A stretch of 64,000 bases of DNA. It comes from Escherichia coli (GTDB taxonomy: Bacteria; Pseudomonadota; Gammaproteobacteria; Enterobacterales; Enterobacteriaceae). The position numbers and the translations under genes were made by a program. The stretch lies in assembly GCF_009931435.1 (NCBI RefSeq), contig NZ_CP043414.1; one strand, given 5' to 3'. The notes beneath the pieces are model-generated. The model had not been told where the DNA came from. It did not search any database and saw nothing but the letters and a program-made list of their open reading frames with translations. Positions 57,478 to 64,000 of the stretch are shown here, in pieces; within the stretch, counting starts at the first letter, position 1; the number at the start of each line of letters is the position of its first letter.

Positions 57478-58935
57478 GTGTCTGAACTGTCTCAATTATC
57501 TCCACAGCCGCTGTGGGATATTTTTGCCAAAATCTGTTCTATTCCTCACCCGTCCTATCATGAAGAGCAACTCGCTGAATACATTGTTGGTTGGGCAAAA
57601 GAGAAAGGTTTCCATGTCGAACGCGATCAGGTGGGTAATATCCTGATTCGTAAACCTGCTACCGCAGGTATGGAAAATCGTAAACCGGTCGTCTTACAGG
57701 CCCACCTCGATATGGTGCCGCAGAAAAATAACGACACCGTGCATGACTTCACTAAAGATCCTATCCAGCCTTATATTGATGGCGAATGGGTTAAAGCGCG
57801 CGGTACCACGCTGGGCGCGGATAACGGCATTGGTATGGCCTCTGCACTGGCGGTTCTGGCTGACGAAAACGTGGTTCACGGCCCGCTGGAAGTGCTGCTA
57901 ACCATGACCGAAGAAGCCGGTATGGACGGGGCGTTCGGCTTACAGAGCAACTGGTTGCAGGCTGATATTCTGATTAACACCGACTCCGAAGAAGAAGGTG
58001 AAATCTACATGGGTTGTGCTGGGGGTATCGACTTCACCTCCAACCTGCATTTAGATCGTGAAGCCGTTCCGGCTGGTTTTGAAACCTTCAAATTAACCTT
58101 AAAAGGTCTGAAAGGCGGTCACTCCGGCGGTGAAATCCACGTTGGCCTGGGTAACGCGAACAAACTGCTGGTGCGCTTCCTGGCGGGACATGCAGAAGAA
58201 CTGGACCTGCGTCTTATTGATTTCAACGGCGGCACACTGCGTAACGCCATCCCGCGTGAAGCCTTTGCGACCATCGCTGTCGCAGCTGATAAAGTCGACG
58301 CACTGAAAACGCTGGTGAATACCTATCAGGACATCCTGAAAAACGAGCTGGCAGAGAAAGAGAAAAATCTGGCCTTGTTGCTGGACTCTGTTGCGAACGA
58401 TAAAGCTGCCCTGATTGCGAAATCTCGCGATACCTTTATTCGTCTGCTGAACGCCACCCCGAACGGTGTGATCCGCAACTCCGACGTGGCAAAAGGTGTG
58501 GTTGAAACCTCCCTGAACGTCGGTGTCGTGACCATGACCGACAACAACGTAGAAATTCACTGTCTGATCCGTTCTCTGATCGACAGCGGTAAAGACTACG
58601 TGGTGAGCATGCTGGATTCGCTGGGTAAACTGGCTGGCGCGAAAACCGAAGCGAAAGGCGCATATCCTGGCTGGCAGCCGGACGCTAATTCTCCGGTGAT
58701 GCATCTGGTACGTGAAACCTATCAGCGCCTGTTCAACAAGACGCCGAACATCCAGATTATTCACGCGGGCCTGGAATGTGGTCTGTTCAAAAAACCGTAT
58801 CCGGAAATGGACATGGTTTCTATCGGGCCAACCATCACCGGTCCGCACTCTCCGGATGAGCAGGTTCACATCGAAAGCGTAGGCCATTACTGGACACTGC
58901 TGACTGAACTGCTGAAAGAAATTCCGGCGAAGTAA
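57478..58935 (+). CDS. pepD: cytosol nonspecific dipeptidase PepD
   Basis: 485-aa M20-family peptidase ORF. Confidence 0.96.
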   Translation: MSELSQLSPQPLWDIFAKICSIPHPSYHEEQLAEYIVGWAKEKGFHVERDQVGNILIRKPATAGMENRKPVVLQAHLDMVPQKNNDTVHDFTKDPIQPYIDGEWVKARGTTLGADNGIGMASALAVLADENVVHGPLEVLLTMTEEAGMDGAFGLQSNWLQADILINTDSEEEGEIYMGCAGGIDFTSNLHLDREAVPAGFETFKLTLKGLKGGHSGGEIHVGLGNANKLLVRFLAGHAEELDLRLIDFNGGTLRNAIPREAFATIAVAADKVDALKTLVNTYQDILKNELAEKEKNLALLLDSVANDKAALIAKSRDTFIRLLNATPNGVIRNSDVAKGVVETSLNVGVVTMTDNNVEIHCLIRSLIDSGKDYVVSMLDSLGKLAGAKTEAKGAYPGWQPDANSPVMHLVRETYQRLFNKTPNIQIIHAGLECGLFKKPYPEMDMVSIGPTITGPHSPDEQVHIESVGHYWTLLTELLKEIPAK

Positions 58936-58991
58936 TTTTTTGATTTGCTGCCGGATGGCGTTTGATCGTCTTCCGGCAGTTTCATCCTTTC

Positions 58992-59606
58992 TTATCCTTC
59001 GATAAAAGCCATCCCTGTAAACGTCCGTCGCGGGTTGCCACGTTCAATCTGGTGATGGAACATTCGCCGCTGCGATTTCAGCGCCGCGCTATTTTCCTGT
59101 TGCTGTTGCTCCAGCTTCCAGGCAATCAGCAATCGCGCCAGCCGTTTGTTGGCATGTTGGCTGCGCTCTGACTGAACCTTCACGCTAATCCCGGATGCCA
59201 GATGCGTGGCGCGTACCGCCGAGTCGGTTTTATTGACATGTTGACCGCCCGGCCCCGACGAACGCAGCGTCTCATAACGGATTGCATCCGATTGTTCCTG
59301 CTCATCAGCGGTAAAACGCCCAATGCCCAGAAACCAGTTTTTGCGCCCATGATGAGGCCGATACGGGCTTGGGCAAATCCACTGAATAGTGCCGCACCAA
59401 CTTTCGCTTAATGCCCATGCGTTATCGCCATCCAGAGAAATCAGCGCCGAACGCAGCGTGTCAGAGTAGCGGCCCGTTTCTGTTTCCAGCACCGTTACCG
59501 CGACGTCTTGTCGGGTAGCTTCTTTAATCAACCTGTCCAGCGCCTTTTTCACTGCGAGACAACATTCTTCCGGTCCCTGAGCTGAGGAGAGTTGCAGCAA
59601 GATCAT
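58992..59606 (-). CDS. prfH: peptide-chain release factor homolog PrfH (intact)
   Basis: 204 aa from [15 protein letters not shown]; contains GGQ motif ([12 protein letters not shown]); ATGA overlap with the rtcB2 stop. Confidence 0.9.
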   Translation of the reverse strand: MILLQLSSAQGPEECCLAVKKALDRLIKEATRQDVAVTVLETETGRYSDTLRSALISLDGDNAWALSESWCGTIQWICPSPYRPHHGRKNWFLGIGRFTADEQEQSDAIRYETLRSSGPGGQHVNKTDSAVRATHLASGISVKVQSERSQHANKRLARLLIAWKLEQQQQENSAALKSQRRMFHHQIERGNPRRTFTGMAFIEG

Positions 59607-60754
59607 CCTTTTTTCCCTCCACTGTTTTTGAGCGTCAGCACCGGACGCAGTCGCGCGGCAGGAATAATTAAACCGGCCTGCACCAGACATTGCACCACAC
59701 TTTCAGCCGATTTATAGGCTTGTGGCGCTTCTTCAAAGATGAGTTGTTTATCGCGACAAATTACCCGACCGCCAAGTTCAGTACGTGAGAGTTGCGTCGC
59801 CGTGTATTTCGCTGCCAGACGCCCTTTACACTCGGTGCGCCCCCATTTACGCCCTGCCCCATGCGCCAGTGAGTGAAGCGTTTTTTCGTTCGCAACAGGT
59901 TTAACCAGCCAGGAGTAATCACCGCGTGAACCGGGAATAATCACCAGACCGTTGTCATCCGGCGTAGCCCCTTTACGGTGTAACCATCCTTGTTGATCGC
60001 CGATTCGACATGCGCTAACAAAGTTATGCGCCACATCCAGAACCGAATTTCCGTTGGCCTTAACTTGTTGCATTATGCGCAAAGCGATCAGCTGGCGATT
60101 AATACGCGCAAACGCCAGCGCATCATCATGTTCCGCAATATAACTTAGCGCGTCGTCACTGCCTTCCGGCAAACCATGATGCGAAAACGAGGCAATATGC
60201 CGCTGTAAAATAGACTGCCCTAAACCACGCGAGCCGCTATGGACCAGCAGTTGCAGATGCTGCGCATCCAGACCTGACAGTGCAAACAGTTCCGCATCGA
60301 TGATTTGATCAATCTGTTGCAGTTCTGCAAAGTGGTTACCGCCACCGATAGAGCCAAGCGCGCAGCGCCACGGATGCTGTGCAAACGCTGACGGCAGGTT
60401 TTCCTCCAGCCAGCTTTCTTCAGCAACGTCATCCAGCGCAGATAATCGCTTTTCAAACTTATCGGCGTTGTATTTACGCGCGAGAATATCTGTTTGCCAT
60501 AGCGCCATACCGCAGCCGATATCATTGCCGACCAGTGCCGGGTAAAAACGGCCTACGGAGAAGAACGCTGCGCCAATCGGATAGCCGCGTCCTGGGTGTA
60601 AATCTGGCATCCCTACGACGCGTTGCATGTCGGGTAAATTTGCCGTGGTGTGTAATTGTTGGATCGCTGAACTCTCGATCCACAGGTCATCAGATGCGAT
60701 GGTAAATACCGCATCGGATAAGGGACGAATATATTTGCCCATGTACCATTCCAT
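59603..60754 (-). CDS. rtcB: RtcB-family RNA ligase (RtcB2, intact)
   Basis: 383-aa ORF; position where K-12 has the ykfJ pseudogene. Confidence 0.88.
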   Translation of the reverse strand: MEWYMGKYIRPLSDAVFTIASDDLWIESSAIQQLHTTANLPDMQRVVGMPDLHPGRGYPIGAAFFSVGRFYPALVGNDIGCGMALWQTDILARKYNADKFEKRLSALDDVAEESWLEENLPSAFAQHPWRCALGSIGGGNHFAELQQIDQIIDAELFALSGLDAQHLQLLVHSGSRGLGQSILQRHIASFSHHGLPEGSDDALSYIAEHDDALAFARINRQLIALRIMQQVKANGNSVLDVAHNFVSACRIGDQQGWLHRKGATPDDNGLVIIPGSRGDYSWLVKPVANEKTLHSLAHGAGRKWGRTECKGRLAAKYTATQLSRTELGGRVICRDKQLIFEEAPQAYKSAESVVQCLVQAGLIIPAARLRPVLTLKNSGGKKG

Positions 60755-61059
60755 TTATACTCGTCATACTTCAAGTTGCATGTACTGCGACTGCGTTCGT
60801 TCACCCCAGTCACTTACTTTAGTAAGCTCCTGGGGATTCACTCGCTTGTCGCCTTCCTGCAACTCGAATTATTTAGAGTATATAAATATAAAAATCAGGA
60901 AATGGCAGACGAATCCAGGGCAAGAAAAAAAGAATTAATCCTGGAAAGGTCTGCAAAGAGTCATTGATAAAGGATTTTTCATGATTTACCTCCTTGCAGT
61001 TTGTGGAATAAGAAAACGCGCACATATTAGGCGGGCGTTATTTTCATTGCAAGCTGGAT

Positions 61060-61512
61060 TTAGTGTTGCGGTTTATATCGCATATGAAAATTAGTAAACC
61101 ACGCTCCCCGGCATTCAACGCGCTGCTGCTTAACTGTCTGAAAACCATAACGTTCAAAAAAGGGTTTTGCGGTTATGCTGGCATCTACCGTAAGTTCGGA
61201 TTCAGACTTAATCAAAGGTTTTAACAAAGCGCTGGCAACCCCGCAGCGGTTGTATTTCGGATCAACAAATAACATATCGATATAATGCTCAATGCAGGTA
61301 ATAAAGCCGACCAGTTGTGTATTAATCACCGCAACCCGCACTTGTGATTTCGCGAGTTTCTCTTTCCATCGATGTTCATCAATCTGCGCCCAGGCGGCAA
61401 TTTGTTGTGGTGAATAATGCTGACTGGCGGTCATCGTAACCGCTCTAATAAAAATAGCGCATAGCTGCTGAAAATCGCCAGGCTGATAGTCTCTTATTTG
61501 TATATTATTCAT
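61060..61512 (-). CDS. yafP: GNAT-family N-acetyltransferase YafP
   Basis: 150-aa ORF immediately after dinB with a 4-nt gap/overlap. Confidence 0.85.
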   Translation of the reverse strand: MNNIQIRDYQPGDFQQLCAIFIRAVTMTASQHYSPQQIAAWAQIDEHRWKEKLAKSQVRVAVINTQLVGFITCIEHYIDMLFVDPKYNRCGVASALLKPLIKSESELTVDASITAKPFFERYGFQTVKQQRVECRGAWFTNFHMRYKPQH

Positions 61513-62564
61513 AATCCCAGCACCAGTTGTCTTTCCATTTGCGGATCAAGCAACGTCACATGCAGCCCCACCAGTCGCACACCGCGTCCGCCCCGGCGTT
61601 CATCCCAGGTTTTACGCGCAGTGGCGATCAAGTCAGCTTTATTCAGCCGCGGCCAGACGTGTTCCTGGGTGGTTTGCTGAAAATCGTCGAACTTTAATTT
61701 CACCCCCTGGCGGGCAATCAGTAAATCAGGTTTTACCTTTGCCAGACGACGCTCCAGTTCAGGGTAAAGCCGCTCGATGATCGCTTCACATTCAGACCAG
61801 TGATGAATATCTTCCGCCATGGTGCGTTCTACACCGACGGATTTTCGCAACCTTTCGCTGTTAACGTCGCGCTCGTCAATCCCCTGACTACGCTCCCACA
61901 AAATGCGACCAAATTTGCCAAAGCGTTTAAGCAACGTCACCAGATCACACTTTTGTACATCGCCGCAGGTCCGCAGCCCCATCGCTTCCAGTTTTGCCGC
62001 CGAGACTTTGCCGACACCGGGAATTTTTGCCAGCGGTAAGGTTTGCAGAAATGCCGGGACGTCCGCCGGCGTAATCACAAACTGTCCGTTGGGTTTATTC
62101 ATATCAGAGGCGATTTTGGCGAGAAACTTGACCGGCGCAACGCCCGCAGACGCCGTCAGTTGCAGCTCGTTGAAGATCGTCTGGCGGATTTCCTGAGCGA
62201 TAAGGGTCGCAGAGCCGTGGCAATGTACGCTGTCGGTGACGTCGAGATAGGCTTCATCCAGTGACAGCGGCTCAATACGCGATGTGTAGCGAGAGAAGAT
62301 TTCGCGGATATGATTTGACGCTTCTTTGTAGGCGTCAAAGCGCCCTGGAAGCAAGGTGAGATGCGGACACAGTTTGAGCGCCATGCCGGTTGGCATTGCG
62401 CTACGCACGCCAAATTTACGCGCGGGATAATTGGCGGTGCTGATCACCCCCCGGCGTTCGCGGCTGCCGCCAATAGCAATAGGGATATCGCGCAGGGCGG
62501 GATTGTCGCGCATCTCCACCGCGGCGAAAAAGCAGTCCATATCCACATGAATGATTTTACGCAT
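61509..62564 (-). CDS. dinB: DNA polymerase IV
   Basis: 351-aa ORF beginning [26 protein letters not shown]. Confidence 0.97.
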   Translation of the reverse strand: MRKIIHVDMDCFFAAVEMRDNPALRDIPIAIGGSRERRGVISTANYPARKFGVRSAMPTGMALKLCPHLTLLPGRFDAYKEASNHIREIFSRYTSRIEPLSLDEAYLDVTDSVHCHGSATLIAQEIRQTIFNELQLTASAGVAPVKFLAKIASDMNKPNGQFVITPADVPAFLQTLPLAKIPGVGKVSAAKLEAMGLRTCGDVQKCDLVTLLKRFGKFGRILWERSQGIDERDVNSERLRKSVGVERTMAEDIHHWSECEAIIERLYPELERRLAKVKPDLLIARQGVKLKFDDFQQTTQEHVWPRLNKADLIATARKTWDERRGGRGVRLVGLHVTLLDPQMERQLVLGL

Positions 62565-62578
62565 TGCTCACCTCTCAA

Positions 62579-62598
62579 CACTGGTAAAGTATACAGTG
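62579..62598. promoter_or_regulatory. LexA (SOS) box of dinB
   Basis: CACTGGTAAAGTATACAGTG contains CTG-N10-CAG, 15-34 bp upstream of the dinB start. Confidence 0.7.
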
Positions 62599-62634
62599 AT
62601 TTCAGAGTTTGAGAAATGCGTAAAGATTCAGCAT

Positions 62635-63400
62635 TTAACGCGTTCGCTGCGAAAGCACCTGCTGCTTATCCAGCTTTTTCACCAGCGGCTGCACCACCTT
62701 ATCCCCATGCTGACCAAAATATTGATACAACGTATCAGACGCGCTTTTGGTGAGCACCATAATCTCAATGCGCCGGTTACCCGCACTTTGCGGATTTTTC
62801 GTGTCCAGCAGCATCTGGTCCGCCATTGCGCTCACCTGCATCACTTTATCTTCCGGCATCCCGGCCTCTTCCAGCACCCGACGAGCCGAGAGCGCACGAT
62901 CGCCCGAAAGGTTCCAGTTGTTGTAGATATTGCTTTTATAGGCCATCGCATCGGTATGCCCGGTAATAATAATTTTGTTATCGAGCGAGTCGAATACCGG
63001 CGCGAGCTCCACCAGCAGAGTTTTAAAGAACGGCATAATCTTCGCGCTGCCGCGTTCAAACATATTGCGGTTCTGGTCATCTTTAATCAGCACGCGTAAT
63101 CCCTGCGGGACAATCTCCATCTCCAGATTGGCTTCCATATGCGCATCGCGGGCGATGGTGTTGATACTGGTCGCCAGCTCGCCAAGCTCAGTGGCGGACT
63201 TCTTCTTCAGTAGCGCCGTTTTCTCGTTGACGTCGCGGGCTTTTTTCTCCGTCTCTTCCGGCACCGCCACGGTGGCAGGTTTCAGCGGATGCGTCGGGCT
63301 GATTTTATTTAACGGCGATAGCCCGCCGCCATTGAAAATCGACTGCCCGTGCAGCGCGGCGATAATGCTTTCACGCTCGGATTTACTGACGCTGTTGACA
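62635..63400 (-). pseudogene. lafU: lafU fragment (MotB-like, OmpA-type C-terminal domain; N-terminus deleted)
   Basis: Track ORF 62635..63552; the MotB/OmpA-like C-terminal domain is recognisable (IIITGHTDAMAYKS ... NRRIEIMVLTK), while the N-terminal extension is antisense to the lfhA fragment and lacks the TM anchor. Confidence 0.65.
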
Positions 63401-64000
63401 ATCAACTTTATTGTCGTCACCAAAGGGGCTGAGCGTATTTCCGAGGTTTCTGCCCGCTTTACCCTGGACGCGATGCCCGGCAAGCAAATGGCGATTGACG
63501 CCGATCTTAACGCCGGGTTGATCAACCAGGCGCAGGCGCAGACCCGCCGCAAAGATGTTGCCAGCGAGGCCGATTTCTACGGCGCGATGGACGGGGCATC
63601 GAAGTTTGTGCGCGGGGATGCCATCGCCGGGATGATGATTCTGGCGATCAACCTGATTGGCGGCGTTTGTATCGGGATCTTCAAATACAACCTGAGCGCC
63701 GATGCCGCCTTCCAGCAATATGTGCTGATGACCATCGGCGACGGCCTGGTGGCGCAGATCCCGTCCCTGCTGCTTTCCACCGCGGCGGCGATTATCGTCA
63801 CCCGCGTCAGCGACAACGGCGATATTGCCCATGACGTGCGCCACCAGTTGCTGGCAAGCCCGTCGGTGCTCTACACCGCCACCGGGATTATGTTCGTGCT
63901 GGCGGTGGTGCCGGGAATGCCGCACTTCCCGTTCCTGATGTTCAGCGCCCTGCTTGGTTTTACCGGCTGGCGAATGAGCAAACGCCCGCAGGCGGCGGAG
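63401..64000 (+). pseudogene. lfhA: lfhA fragment (FlhA-like export gate, internal portion; runs off window end)
   Basis: Plus-strand frame translates to INFIVVTKGAERISEVSARFTLDAMPGKQMAIDADLNAGLI..., matching FlhA from about residue 130 onward; no N-terminus. Confidence 0.65.

Noticed and set aside
58099-58887. 262-aa minus-strand ORF inside pepD
   Set aside because: Antisense to pepD; no RBS or family resemblance.
60755-61059. Sigma-54 promoter upstream of rtcB2 (by analogy with rtcBA/RtcR)
   Set aside because: A TTGCA element is present but there is no GG at the -24 position with correct spacing; no RtcR-like gene nearby.
62635-63552. Track ORF treated as one 305-aa protein
   Set aside because: Only the C-terminal roughly 255 codons are MotB-like; the N-terminal extension is antisense to the lfhA remnant, so it is annotated as a truncated lafU pseudogene instead.
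63383-63925. 180-aa minus-strand ORF near the window end
   Set aside because: Antisense to the FlhA-like (lfhA) fragment; composition-driven open frame.

Overview
This window reads as an Escherichia coli chromosomal segment in a non-K-12 arrangement, running (in window orientation) from an autotransporter gene through betT–betIBA, ykgGFE, rclRABC, an intact fdeC/eaeH adhesin gene, ykgR–ykgMO, the ecpRABCDE fimbrial operon, ykgJ, yagU, paoABCD, a small LysR-rich block next to tRNA-Thr (thrW), then proBA, phoE, crl, frsA, gpt, pepD, an intact rtcB2–prfH pair, yafP–dinB and a Flag-2 deletion scar (lafU and lfhA fragments). All calls are from reading the sequence and the supplied ORF track plus recalled protein families and E. 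coli gene order; no searches were run. I saw no CRISPR array, IS element, integrase or prophage, and no obvious defence-system genes, so I cannot point to a clearly novel system. The most interesting structural observation is a decayed second copy of the ykgR–ykgMO locus at 48.2-48.5 kb, which together with the intact copy at 28.9-29.9 kb brackets about 19 kb. Other notable points are the thrW site without a prophage, two paralogous LysR/alpha-beta-hydrolase modules, and the absence of yafNO between dinB and yafP. The track omits ORFs that run off the window edge, so the autotransporter (left edge) and the lfhA fragment (right edge) were found by manual translation.
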